A stretch of DNA of 64,000 nt from Eledone cirrhosa (GCA_964016885.1 OZ024740.1:64852001-64916000); one strand, 5' to 3'. Numbered from the stretch's first letter, positions 27,171-40,729 are shown. The notes: a model not told the origin generated them from the sequence alone. Made by a program: numbers and translations.

Positions 27171-28694
27171 ATAGATAATTTAATATATCTACTAACATAA
27201 GCGCACAGATGTACGCTAATGCCAGCAAATACACAGGTTATGTCATAGTACCTAGGTGGTTCAATGCAGGAGAATGCAGAACAATAATATAAAAGACGTA
27301 AAATAAGAAAATTTAAAAGAAAAAATAAAAAAAAAATATTAACTTACTTACTTAAATTTTCACTCCAACTAATTAGTTTCTGCAATGGGATAAAGACAGT
27401 TACGTAATGAACTGTTGAGAATTTCATTGCGTCATCAGGGAGGTCATTCTCAGCCGAGTCTCCAGGCAATGCGCGGACACTGGGGGCTCATATAAAAATA
27501 ATAATAATTCGGTAAATGGAACAGCTATCGAGGACTGGATTCCAGCTACTGAAAATTCTCACTGCCACTGATCATATGGCCGATTCTAAAGAATCAATCA
27601 CGTGATACAGAGGCTAGTCAGTAGGAATGGGATGGTAAGATGACAGACGCCTACTAACACCCCCCAAAAAAATTTAGAAGTGGTTTTGGCAGGTTTGCTC
27701 GACAAATCAGTGATTTGGAGATAAATATAGATAATTTAATATATCTACTAACATAAGCGCACAGATGTACGCTAATGCCAGCAAATACACAGGTTATGTC
27801 ATAGTACCTAGGTGGTTCAATGCAGGAGAATGCAGAACAATAATATAAAAGACGTAACATAAGAACATTTTTTTAAAAATTAAAAAAAAAAATTAACTTA
27901 CTTAAATTTTCACTCCAACTAATTAGTTTCTGCAATGGGATAAAGACAGTTACGTAATGAACTGTTGAGAATTTCATTGCGTCATCAGGGAGGTCATTCT
28001 CAGCCGAGTCTCCAGGCAATGCCCGGACATTGGGGGCTCATATAAAAATAATAATAATTCGGTAAATGGAACAGCTATCGAGGACTGGATTCCAGCTACT
28101 GAAAATTCTCACTGCCACTGATCATATGGCCGATTCTAAAGAATCAATCACGTGATACAGAGGCTAGTCAGTAGGAATTGGATGGTAAGATGACAGACGC
28201 CTACTAACACCCCGCATTAGCGTACATCTGTGCGCTTATGTTAGTAGATATATTAAATTATCTATATTTATCTCCAAATCACTGATTTGTCGAGCAAACC
28301 TGCTAAAACCACTTCTACATTTTTTTGGGGGGTGTTAGTAGGCGTCTGTCATCTTACCATCCCATTCCTACTGACTAGCCTCTGTATCACGTGATTGATA
28401 CTTTAGAATCGGCCATATGATCAGTGGCAGTGAGAATTTTCAGTAGCTGGAATCCAGTCCTCGATAGCTGTTCCATTTACCGAATTATTATTATTTTTAT
28501 ATGAGCCCCCAGTGTCCGCGCATTGCCTGGAGACTCGGCTGAGAATGACCTCCCTGATGACGCAATGAAATTCTCAATAGTTCATTACGTAACTGTCTTT
28601 ATCCCATTGCAGAAACTAATTAGTTGGAGTGAAAATTTAAGTAAGTAAGTTAATTTAAAAAAGAATTTTTTTAAAAACTTTTTCTTATTTTACG

Positions 28695-28700
<6 letters not shown>
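27171..28700. repeat. ~556 bp unit: ~1.9 tandem copies followed by ~0.9 inverted, permuted copy, between (TA)n tracts
   Basis: Unit starts at 27171 and ~27727; strand switch near 28213. Confidence 0.85.
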
Positions 28701-28730
<30 letters not shown>

Positions 28731-28736
<6 letters not shown>

Positions 28737-30416
28737 AGGATGAATATAAAATGAAAGTGCTTTTATAAAGCAATTTATTAGGTATTGACATATGTTTCTG
28801 TAACAGACGGAATACCTATGTATCGCTGCTTGCGTAATCATATAATGTTAGCAAGTATTCGATAGCAAATGTATAATCAGTTGTCACTTCTTCAGAGATG
28901 TTGGATAAATTGGAAAAAATCAGAAAATTTAAAGTATTTATATAAGTTGTAAGAAAGGAAGAAGAGAAGGGATAGTATATGACAATTGGATATTCAATTT
29001 GCTGGCAAACAAGTATACAGAAGGTTTTTAATGAGAATACAATGAGTATATGGCTCATTTTATCTAAATAAGAATTTTTGGGAGTGCCTATTTTAATCTA
29101 TATTTGACCAATTGAACAATGGACAGGGCTGGTCGTTTGGTGTAGTAGAATTAATACAGATATAAAGTGTCAAGTAAGGAAGAGAGAGATTTTCTCTGCT
29201 ACTGTATAACAACAATGGTGGTAGCCTACTGGTATATGCATTAGGGAATTGAATTAAGAAATCTCATTTTATCTATAGCAGTTTATATTAAATGGTAAAG
29301 AATAGAAGAGTTGATAGAATTAAGACTAATAGAGAATGTTAATATGTAATTTGATAATCAAACAGAGATGGAGGCAGGCGTTCAATCCTGGTAGCGTTCG
29401 TAATATGAAAATGTAGACAACACTCGCAGACAAGGCTTGGCAGCTGCGCGAAAATAACCAACAATTTAACCTAAACTGGGATATAATTGTCGACCCCTGT
29501 ATTAACCCATGGACAGGAATTTTGTAAATTGTGTAATATGGAAATATTTTGTATTATCAAATCCAAAAACATTTTATTAAATAACAGAATAGAGCGATCG
29601 TTATACTGTAACCATCGCTTGAAATCTACATTTTCATATTACAAACGCTACCAGGATTGAACGCCTCTCTCCATCTCCGTCTGATTGTCAAAATACATAT
29701 TAACATTCTCTATTAGTCTTAATTCTATCAACTCTTCTATTCTTTACCATTATCAACTCTTCTATTCTTTACCATTTAATATAAACTGCTATAGATAAAA
29801 TGAGATTTCTTAATTCAATTCCCTAATGCATATACCAGCAGGCTACCAGCATTGTTGTTATACAGTAACAGTGAAAATCTCTCTCTTCCTTACTTGACAC
29901 TTTATATCTGTATTAACACTACTACACCAAACGACCAGCCCTGTCTATTGTTCAATTGATCAAATATAGATTAAAATAGGCACTCCCCAAAATTCTTATT
30001 TAGATAAAATAAGCCATATACTCATTGTATTCTCATTAAAAACCTTCTATATACTTGTTTACCAGCAAATTGAATTGCCATCTGTCATATACTATCCCTT
30101 CTCTTCTTCCTTTCTTACAACTAATATAAATACTTTAATTTTTCTGATTTTTTCCAATTTATCCTATATCTCTGAAGAAGTGACAACTGATTATACATTT
30201 GCTATCGAATACTTGCTAACATTATATGATTACGCAAGCAGCGATACATAGGTATTCCGTCTGTTACAGAAACATATGTCAATACCTAATAAATTCCTTT
30301 ATAAAAGCACTTTCATTTTATATTCATCTTTTCTACATTTTCTCCGGAATATAATTTATACTCGTTGAGCATACCTACACGTGACGATATATTATCACTA
30401 CATTATTGATAACTTG

Positions 30417-30423
<7 letters not shown>
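28731..30423. mobile_element. 5'-truncated PLE 3' end with inverted pLTR
   Basis: 28731-29418 is inverted relative to 29625-30335. The spacer encodes a GIY-YIG C-terminus (AWQLRENNQQFNLNWDII...CKLCNMEIFCII...LLNNRIE...CNH). Flanked by (TA)n. Confidence 0.85.
30167..30286 (+). ncRNA. Hammerhead ribozyme with ~90 nt stem II (GUC site)
   Basis: CTGAAGA-a-gtgaca...tgttac-a-GAAA-catatg-TC; stem I weak. Mirror copy at 28781-28900 (-). Confidence 0.65.
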
Positions 30424-30473
<50 letters not shown>

Positions 30474-30476
<3 letters not shown>

Positions 30477-30654
30477 GAAGGAAATGTGGTAAGGAACCAG
30501 GTGGACCATAACGCACCAAAGTACTCAATACTTGAGGTAGTGGAGTGGGTAATAGGAACCAGTAAGACCCCGACAGCTGAGCTCAAGCCGTTTCGACGGC
30601 TAATTCTGGACTCGTCGAAACGGCTTAAGCTCAGCTGTCGGGGTCTTACTGGTT

Positions 30655-30657
<3 letters not shown>
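30474..30657. mobile_element. Family C palindromic element
   Basis: ccgtttcgac...gtcgaaacgg centre near 30605; tail on the left. Confidence 0.8.
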
Positions 30658-30706
<49 letters not shown>

Positions 30707-30716
30707 ATATACATAT

Positions 30717-31346
30717 AGAAAATTGAGGTTGGTAATGGCACATGGAATATATAAGAGACAGAATACTTTTTTGTAAAAAAACATAATTTTATAAGGTAAG
30801 GACATAATAAAGGGTATAAAAAAATGACCGGTTTCGATGGGTCTGCAAAAGCCATCTTTTCAAATGTTGATTAATATTAAGAAAAATTAATAATAAGAAG
30901 AGTTAAAATTTGAGATTTGAAAATTCATCTATAAAATTCATTGTGGGATTTCATAGTAGTTTTCATCTTGGTAGTAACAAGTTGACTGCTGTGTGCCTTT
31001 CTGGTCATTCTTTCTCATTCACTACCAGAAAGGCACACAGCAATCAACTTGTTACTACCAAGATGAAAACTACTATGAAATCCCACAATGAATTTTATAC
31101 TTGAATTTTCAAATCTCAAATTTTAACTCTTGTTATTATTAATTTTTCTTAATATTAATCAACATTTGAAAAGATGGCTTTTGCAGACCCATCGAAACCG
31201 GTCATTTTGTATACCCTTTATTATTTCCTTACCTTATAAAATTATATGTTTTTTCACAAAAAAGTATTCTGTCTCTTATATATTCCATGTGCCATTACCA
31301 ACCTCAATTTTCTCTATAACCTACGTTTTGTGTAGAAAATTACACT

Positions 31347-31350
<4 letters not shown>
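30717..31350. mobile_element. ~290 bp-arm palindromic element with variant HHR
   Basis: Arms 30717-31005 and 31024-31311. Motif aacat-TTGAAAA-gatgg...ccatc-GAAA-ccgg-TC-atttt at 31161-31208 and its mirror. Confidence 0.75.
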
Positions 31351-31414
<64 letters not shown>

Positions 31415-32170
31415 AGATAGTATTCATAGAATAATTATTAATATACTCCTCACAGAATCTGAGATAACAATCTATAAAGTTTGCATATGAAGAACATTTG
31501 TTTAATATACGAATCAATGGCAATAAAAAATCTGTCATCTATGTTTCTAAATCCAATATTCTTCCTTCGTAATATGTACAAAAGAGGCGAAAAATATAGG
31601 TAAAATATAATTGAGGATTCACCATTATTACCACATTACCCTCACATATTTATTCAACTACTGGAGAGTTATAAAATATAATTTGAATTGCTGTATAGCT
31701 CTGTCCCTATGATAGTTTTACAGAAGAAAGCGTATCATTTCCTGAGGTCAAATCTATTCCTCAGGTTTAAAAACAACAATTAAGATATATTGTTATCATG
31801 TTGTTATGATCTTATTTATATGTCCATATGAATCAAAATTTATATTCGGATCTATTGGCATTGTAATATTTCTCTGCTATGTTCTGAATTCATATGCTCC
31901 ATTACGGCAATTCCAGATGTTGGAGAACACAGAGACCACATTCACGCGGATATTGTATCCTGAAGTTTTACTTTCTTCTAAATTTAATATTTGTCGTGCT
32001 TCTGGGAAAGTAGTACATTTCTTGCGCTTTAGACTACATGGCAATAACAATTGGTCACCGGAGCTGAAAATCTCTTCTTAAAACAACTGCGTTTATATGT
32101 AAATTGTCTGAGGAGCTGTAGTACGGAAGACTACTTATCATTCCCCTAAAGTAAATATTTATTTAGTGAT

Positions 32171-35100
32171 ATCTATCTATATCTATATATATGCAAGTTT
32201 ACGATTCTGTGTGTCCGCCTAAAACTAGCAAAGTACGGGACCAAACTCGTCAAAGTTACATGTACATATTCACTATACACTCGGACAGGTAACGGTCGAA
32301 AAAGTTTTACTTTGCAAAACAAGGAATTCATTTGAATTCAAATTATCTTATTTTCTAATGAATATCAAAAGGGATCATCCATTTTGTTTTTTATGTTCTC
32401 CAGTCTGTAGAGAAGGGAGTGAGGGATGGGAGAGAGAAAAAGAGAGAGTGTACGGGATGACAGAGAGTGGGAGATGGGAGAGAGAGTAAGGGGATGAGAG
32501 AAAAAGAGCGAGAGTGTGTGGATGGGAGAGAGAGAGTAAGGGTATGTATGAGAGAAAGAAAGAGAGTACGGGATGAGAGAGAAAGAGAGAGAGAGAGTGG
32601 GAGATGAGAGAGAGAAAGAGTAAGGGGATGTGAGAGAGAAATATAGAGAGTAAGGGGATGAGAGAGAAAGACGATGAAAGAGAGAGAGGGAAAGCTTCCA
32701 GCATTGTTAACTTTTATTTATTTATTATTTTTACACAATTTTTAACAATCGTGCTTCCTTAACGTTATTTATCTTTTCTTTATTTTTTGCTCTCTATTCT
32801 GTAGAGAGAGCGAGGATGTGAGAGAGAAAAAGAGAGAGAGAAAGTAATGGGATGGGAGAGAGAGAAGGAAAGTAGCCAGTGTTCATTAAATTTTATTTAT
32901 TTATTATTTTTACACACTTCTTAACTCTCCCAATATTATTTATCTGTTATCTATATTTTTTGTTCGTTATTCTGTAGAGGATGAGAGAGAGAAAGAAAGA
33001 GAGGAGATGAGAAAGAGAAAAGGAGTGAGGTGGAGGAGGAGAGAAAGACAATAAGAAAAGAGAACAGTTGGGAGGGTGATTGGAGGGATTCTTTACCTAA
33101 CGTGTGTCGGCGTTTATATATATATTTACACACACATATGTGTGTGTTATGGGGGGGGGGGCTTCTTTAGCAGACGATATATGTTACCATCAAAGCTTAT
33201 TTTCTACATATGTCTAAATAAATCACAGATGATGAACAACATGAACGATGTGACATTGTTTTACAAAAACAAAGTGGACATTTGGAGGGAATTTGTGAAA
33301 TTCATAGAGCCTATGATTCACTCCAATATCCGCTCATCTTTTGTAATGGTCAAGATGTATATCATTTTCAGCTACAGCAGATCAGCCCAGGAACGGGACA
33401 AGAAATTGGCCGATCAATCAGCTGCAAAGAATTCTAAGCTTAACATTTCATGGTACGTGATCAGTTCAACCAAGTTCTACGATTCAAAGAAGTAACCAGC
33501 CAGTTCATGGTGGACATGTATGCCAAAATTGAAACAGAAAGATTAGGTTTTCTGCGAAGAAATCAAACTAAGTTGAGGGCAGATAACTACATCCACCTTA
33601 GAGATGCCATCAATTTTGATGTTGACCCAAGAAATATTGGCCAGCCAGTCATACTACTATCAAGCTTCACGACAGGACCACGTTACATGCATGAACGTAC
33701 GCAAGATGCAATGGCCTATGTCAGAAAATTTGGTCGGCTAGATCTCTTCATTACATTTATATTCAAACTAGTCTGAAATATCAAATGAATTATTTCAAAA
33801 TCAAAAACCAAAAGATCGTCATGACCTCATTGCTCGGGTTTCCCATGAAAAGCAAAGAAGATCTCATCTGGCTCCTAAACAAAGGAAGAATCTTTGGTGA
33901 GCTTAGTGCTTGGATGACCACTATTGAGTGGCAGAAGAGAGGTCTTCTTCACTCTCACACACTAATCTGGTGCAAGGAGAAGATAAGACCAGATGATGTT
34001 GATAAAATCATTTCAACAGAGTTGCCTGATAAAGGTGATGATCCAGAGCTCTTTGAAACCATCAAGTCCAAACTCATTCATGGTCCACGTGGAGTCATCA
34101 ATCCAGCCTCTCCCTGCATGAAAGATAAAAAATACACCAAACATTATCCTAGATCTTTTATTCGGGAAACTCGGACTGACAATAATGGATACTCCCCTTA
34201 TCGTAGGCGTAGACCAGAACATGGAGGCAATACTGCAAGCCTAACAGTTCGAGGAGCGGAGCTGACTATAAACAATCAGTGGGTCGTCCCACACAACACA
34301 TTGTTGTGTAAACTTTTAAAAGCTCATATCATATGTTGAGTATTGCAGCTCCGTCAAGGCAATCCTATATGTCACAAAATATATCACAAGTGCAGTGACA
34401 TGGCTACCTTTATTACTGACAAAGAACTCAATGATGGTGGGCTGGATGAGGTCAAACGGTATCAAACAGGTCGATACATCTCCAGCAATGAAGCTATATG
34501 GCGAATCTTTGGTTTTCATATCCACCAATGCCACCCAACAATGGTCAACCTCTCAGTCCATCTGGAAAATGGACAGAGAGTGTACTTCACTGAGATCACT
34601 GCTCATCAGTTGGCACAAGTATCACATGACACTACATTAACTACTTTCTTTAAACTCTGCCAGAGATGAATTTGCTCGATCCCTCCTATATGCTGAAGTC
34701 CCAACATACTACACCTGGACCAATTGCAAGACCTAGAATCGAAGAAAGGAGGGTCATTTAGTGGAAGGTCATGAAGTCAAGTCAAGTGATGCTATTGGGC
34801 GTGTTTACAATGTACATCCCAACAACAGAGAATGTTTTTATTTACGGCTACTTCTTCATACTGTTCGAGGACCAACGTCATTTGAGGATCTTAGGTGCTT
34901 CAGAGGAAGGGAGCGCGAAACATACTAATAAGCATGTAAACAGCATGGTCTCCTGCATCACAATGGACACTGGAAGAAGTGCCTAGAAGAAACAGCAATC
35001 ACTCAAGTAGCCACTCAAATAAGACAATTATTTACTATTATGCTCACAGCCTGTGGAATTGATGAAGCTCATCTACTCTGGCAGGAGTACAAAAACAATA

Positions 35101-35663
35101 TGTCGGATGACTATATACACCTAGCTCGAAGACATCATGGCAATATGTATATGGAATATACCCCCAGGATTTACAATCAAGCTCTCTGTGACCTGCGCCA
35201 TTGAGTTCCGGCAATGAATAGCACATTAGCTAACTGCGGGATGCCAGAGCCAGATGAAGAAATGAAGGTAGCCTAATACATTTTTTAGGAGACACACTAC
35301 GATATTCAAGCATTGCATAAGTTTGTGGATGAAAATGAACCTCGATTGATAGATGACCAGAAAAAAAGCTTACCACAACATCATCGAAAACATTCAAAAT
35401 GACAGGGGAGGACTTTTCTTCATCGATGCTCCTGCTGACACAGGCAAGACATTCCTCATAAACGACCTGCTTGCAAAAGTTCGCTAAAAGCAACATATTG
35501 CCCTTGTTGTGGCTTCAAGTGGCATTGCAGCAACACTTCTGGATGGAGGAAGAACTTACACTCCATGTTTAAGCTGCCCATAGATCTCACACGACATGAA
35601 CAATCTTTTTGCAACATCAAGAAGAACTCACTCAAGGGCAAGCTTCTGCAAACATGCAACCCT
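32171..35663 (+). mobile_element. Decayed Helitron (Rep HUH + PIF1-like helicase N-terminus); 5' boundary tentative
   Basis: Rep/Hel motifs in 33330-35660. Possible TC-initiated 5' end near 32171-32190. Confidence 0.75.
33330..35660 (+). pseudogene. Helitron Rep/helicase pseudogene
   Basis: QFMVDMYAKIETERL...GPRYMHERTQDAMAYVRKFGRLDLFITF; IEWQKRGLLHSH; GRYISSNEAIWRIF...LSVHLENGQRVYF; FIDAPADTGKTF; VASSGIAATLLDGGR. Confidence 0.92.
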
Positions 35664-35670
35664 CATATGC

Positions 35671-35710
<40 letters not shown>

Positions 35711-35713
<3 letters not shown>

Positions 35714-37881
35714 CAAAATTAAGATAAATCAACATGAATTTATTCTAGATCAAAATGAATTTAATCTAAATCAAAATTATGGCTGTCATGCCAGAAAGGC
35801 ATGCGCCATATCACCCGCAAAATAATCTCTAAGATTCTAATGAATAGGTCCGAGCATTTTATAACAACTAGAAATTGATTAACAAATGAATAAACATGAA
35901 TAATCACAGGAGATAATTTTTACAAGTGTGTAAGCCCATACAGCTAGGTAGGTAACTAAATAAAGTTAACTAGAACTTCAAAAATAGATACCTTATAATA
36001 TGATTAATCTTCCCTGTATATATTCCATTAAGGAATATATTTAACTAATTAATCGAATGCCGGTACTTGGATTTTCAACAAGGAAGAACTCCAGCGGTCA
36101 ATGTTTACGCATTAAGTTCAAATCAGCCACTGGCCAGTTACACGTGCTGTATCTACTAAACATACACACATCATACCAGCTTCGTCCCAGTGGGGTGAAT
36201 AGAGTTATCGACAACTAGAAACAGCAGTCAAGTCCTTTCAACAGAGTTAGCTCTACAATTAAGGAGCCGTATTTATATATCTATATCCAAAATTAAGATA
36301 AATCAAAATGAATTTATTCTAAATCAAAATGAATTTAATCTAAATCAAAATTATGGCTGTCATGCCAGAAAGGCATGCGCCATATCACCCGCAAAATAAT
36401 CTCTAAGATTCTAATGAATAGGTCCGAGCATTTTATAACAACTAGAAATTGATTAACAAATAAATAAACATGAATAATCACAGGAGATAATTTTTACAAG
36501 TGTGTAAGCCCATACAGCTAGGTAGGTAACTAAATAAAGTTAACTAGAACTTCAAAAATAGATACCTTATAATATGATTAATCTTCCCTGTATATATTCC
36601 ATTAAGGAATATATTTAACTAATTAATCGAATGCCGGTACTTGGATTTTCAACAAGGAAGAACTCCAGCGGTCAATGTTTACGCATTAAGTTCAAATCAG
36701 CCACTGGCCAGTTACACGTGCTGTATCTACTAAACATACACACATCATACCAGCTTCGTCCCAGTGGGGTGAATAGAGTTATCGACAATTAGAAACAGCA
36801 GTCAAGTCCTTTCAACAGAGTTAGCTATACAATTAAGGAGCCGTATTTATATATCTATATCCAAAATTAAGATAAATCAAAATGAATTTAATCTAAATCA
36901 AAATTATGGCTGTCATGCCAGAAAGGCATGCGCCATATCACCCGAAAAATAAGCTCTAAGAATCTAATGAATAGGTCCGAGCATTTTATAAAAACTAGAA
37001 ATTGATTAACATATAAATAAACATGAATAATCACAGGAGATAATTTTAACAAGTACCTGCATTCGATTAATTGGTGAAATATATTACTTAATGGAATATA
37101 TACAGCGAAGATTAATCATTTTTGTATCTATTTTTGAAGCTCTAGTTAACTTTATTTAGTTACCTACCTAGTTAACTTTATTTAGTTACCTACCTAGTTA
37201 ACTTTATTTAGTTACCTACCTAGTTAACTTTATTTAGTTACCTACCTAGCTGTGTGTGCTTACACACATGTAAAAATTATCTCCTATGATTATTCATGTT
37301 TATTCATATGTTAATCAATTTCTAGTTGTTATAAAATGCTCGGACCTATTCATTAGAATCTTAGAGCTTATTTTGCGGGTGATATGGCGCATGCCTTTCT
37401 GGCATGACAGCCATAATTTTGATTTAGATTAAATTCATTTTGATTTATCTTAGTTTTGGATATAGATATATAAATACGGCTCCTTAATTGTAGCGCTAAC
37501 TATGTTGAAAGGACTTGACTGCTGTTTCTAGTTGTCGATAACCCTATTCACGCCACTGGGACGAAGCTGGTATGATGTGTGTATTTCTAGTAGATACAGC
37601 ACGTGTAACTGGCCAGTCGCTGATTTGAACTTAATGCGTAAACATAGACCGCTGGACTTCTTCCTTGTTAAAAATCCAAATACCGGTATTCAATTAATTG
37701 GTGAAATATATTCCTTAATGGAATATATAGAGGGAAGATTAATCATATTATAAGGTATCTATTTTTGAAGATCTAGTTAACTTTATTTAGTTACCTACCT
37801 AGCGGTGTGTGCTTATACAATTGTAAAAATTAACTCCTGTGATTATTCATGTTTATTTATATGTTAATCAATTTCTAGTTG

Positions 37882-37883
<2 letters not shown>
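35711..37883. repeat. ~574 bp unit: ~2.3 tandem copies followed by ~1.3 inverted, permuted copies, between (TA)n tracts
   Basis: atccaaaattaagataaatc at 35711, ~36285 and ~36859. Strand switch near 37055. Confidence 0.9.
37143..37246 (+). repeat. 26 bp tandem repeat x4 (tagttaactttatttagttacctacc)
   Basis: Four exact copies; single-copy in the other units of the array. Confidence 0.9.
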
Positions 37884-37937
<54 letters not shown>

Positions 37938-37941
<4 letters not shown>

Positions 37942-38540
37942 ATAAATTAACGGAGCCATAGACTCTCGCTATTCTCTGTCAATAATTTGCTCAAAGGAGA
38001 AGGAATCCTGAGCTCTTTAAAATGCAATATGTTGAAAAGAGATAGTGCGCCATCAATAAAAAAGGGAAAACCACCAGTGTATGGAATCTATAACCTATAA
38101 AAGGCAGAGTAGGCACACGATAATTAAAAATATAAATTAAAGTGTATATAAAAACCTCTATAACTATATAACACACACGTACAAATCCAAAGAGATCTGT
38201 TTCGCCAATAAGTTGTTGACAGAAATGAAATAGCCCATGGTTCATCAGGGTGTGTAACGCTTTACATTTCAGACAACTCTAAGAGAATTTAAAGCGACGT
38301 CCAGCTACACGTGGAAGAGAGAAGTCACAGCATGTTTTAGGGCAGTGAATCAGTGGTTTCTGAGTGACGAGCTGCTAGAAAGGGCAGCCCAAAACCACTC
38401 TTTTATTGATGGCGCACTATCGCTCTCTAGTGTGGTACCATTTCAACATATTGTATTTTAAAGAGCTCAGGATTCCTTCTCCTTTGAGCACATTATTGAC
38501 AGGGAATAGCGAGAGTCTATGGCTCCGTTAATTTATCGTG
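37938..38540. mobile_element. Family A head-to-head element
   Basis: Both ends are the family 3' terminus (...ttaatttatcgtg) facing outward into (AT)n. Confidence 0.8.
38173..38255 (-). ncRNA. Type I hammerhead ribozyme (family A)
   Basis: Reverse complement acacc-CTGATGA-acca...tggc-GAAA-cagatc...gatttg-TA-cgtgt. Confidence 0.8.
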
Positions 38541-38650
38541 ATATATATATATATATATATACGTAGGTCTCGGGTTGAGTCGGGGATAACCACAGTAAGT
38601 AAGGTACTCAATACATGGCAGAGTCAAATTTTTTTATTTTATAGAAGGAT

Positions 38651-38697
38651 CTTCTACAGGACTAGTACTGTTTCATTCAGATGAAATCTTCAGGAAG
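38651..38697 (-). ncRNA. Type I hammerhead ribozyme
   Basis: Reverse complement cttc-CTGAAGA-tttcatctgaat-GAAA-cag/tactagtc/ctg-TA-gaag. Confidence 0.85.
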
Positions 38698-39120
38698 CTT
38701 GGTGTCATATTAAGTTCTGGTATTTATACATTTAGGTAGTGGTAAGGGAGGGGTGGTGGATGGGGGGATTTTGGGGGGTGGGATGGTATTTAGATACACA
38801 GGACCACTTCATGGCACAGGCCGTTTTTTCTTTGGGGAGTGGTCAATTAGCCAGAGTGCTTTTTTAAAATAAATAAATAAGTAAATAAATAAATAAATAA
38901 ATGAATAAATAGATAAATGAATAAATAAATAAATAAAATAAATAAAAAAATAAATTAAAAAAATAAATAAATAAAAACCCCAAGAATAATAATTGAACAG
39001 ATATATAGTAGAGAAATTTTTTAGGTGCGTTGGTAAGCATGACCCTCCCAAAGTATAACAATATCGGTTTCAACACACGATTTCAGATAAAGAATCTTGC
39101 TAAACAAATTCAGAAACGAA

Positions 39121-39152
<32 letters not shown>

Positions 39153-39404
39153 TTATATATGTATGTGTGTGTGTATGTGTATATATGTATATATATGTGT
39201 GAAAGTATGTGTTTGTGTGTGTATGTATGTATGTGTATGTATGTGTGTGCATATGTATGTATGTGTATGCATGTGTGTGTATATTTGTGTGTTTGTGTTT
39301 TTCTTGTGTATATATGTATATATGTGTATGTATGTATGTGTGTGTGTGTGTGTGTATATGTATGTGTGTGTATGTGTATGTGTATGTGTATACGCACACA
39401 CATA

Positions 39405-39444
<40 letters not shown>

Positions 39445-40593
39445 AATGTGTAGGTGTGCACTTATATATATATATATATAAGTATATATATATATATATA
39501 TAAGTATATATATATATATATATATAAGTATATATATATATATATATATACACATCGGTGATGTTGGCACCCTTAACTCACAGTTGGGTGCGGATGCATT
39601 CATGTATATATGTGTGTGTCCGCATGTATCTGTGTGTTTCTAAATATATTGTTAATAACTCCCTCTGGTCGAGCAATCTTTGAAGTGTGGGGACAGCTGG
39701 AAAGCTTCCATTACTCATACTTCTCGCCTTCTTCACCACCTCTTCTGCGGCCTCGATATAAATACCCCCTCCGCCTCCGTGGTATTTTCTTCGAGGTTAT
39801 AGGAGGCTTAGCTCTGTTTCTCGACCGTTATATCGCGTGACTATCTCCCCCTCCGCCTTTTGGGATTTTTCTCACGTCGTGTAGACGCGTTCTTGAGACT
39901 AGTAAAATGAGGTATCCTCTTGATAAGTCGGCAGACCTCGCAAGGACTCTATGTCTTTATGATATATTGTTTTTGTTTATGCCACGAAACTACGTAGTCG
40001 AGGAATTTAGGAGCAGTTTAGGTATGATACATTTTATTACTAATTATATCTAAATGTTTCTTCTCTCTTCATAATGTATATATAAGTATATATATATGTG
40101 TGTAAGTGTTTTTGTATGTGGTTGTGAATATGTAAATATATTTTATTCTTTCCATTCTACAAAAACACTCTGGCCACCTGTGGCTTGTATGTTAACTTGA
40201 CCACTCACCCCAGTCGGTGCCATGATTCGGTCTTGTTAAATGTTTAATTTCTATTACCAACCCACCTAAACAATTTCCCTACTATATATCTGTTGAATTA
40301 CTATTCTTGCGGTTTTTATTTATTTTTTTTTTTAATTAAATTTTTTTATTTATTTTCTTTATTTATTTATTCATTTATCTATTTATTTCTTTTATTTATT
40401 TATTTATTTACTTATTTATTTATTTCAAAAAGCACTCTGGCTAATTGACCAGTCCCCAAAGAAAAAACGGCCTGTACCATGAAGTGGTCCTGTGTATCTA
40501 AATACCATCCCACCCCCAAAGTTCACCCCCCATCCACCACCCCTCCCTTACCACTACCTAAATGTATAAATACCAGAACTTAATATGACACCC

Positions 40594-40644
40594 AGCTTCC
40601 TGAAGATTTCATCTGAATGAAACAGTACTAGTCCTGTAGAAGCT
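40594..40644 (+). ncRNA. Type I hammerhead ribozyme
   Basis: agcttc-CTGAAGA-tttcatctgaat-GAAA-cag/tactagtc/ctg-TA-gaagct. Confidence 0.9.
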
Positions 40645-40691
40645 CCTTCTATAAAATTTAAAAAAAAAAAATATATATATATATTTATCGT

Positions 40692-40726
<35 letters not shown>

Positions 40727-40729
40727 TAT

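Larger units (their letters stand above)
38562..40652. mobile_element. Family B-related long head-to-head element
   Basis: 38640-39030 is inverted relative to 40262-40652. HHRs at 38651-38697 (-) and 40594-40644 (+). Confidence 0.7.

Noticed and set aside
37143-37246. 26 bp repeats as CRISPR array
   Set aside because: No spacers; eukaryotic context; simple tandem duplication.
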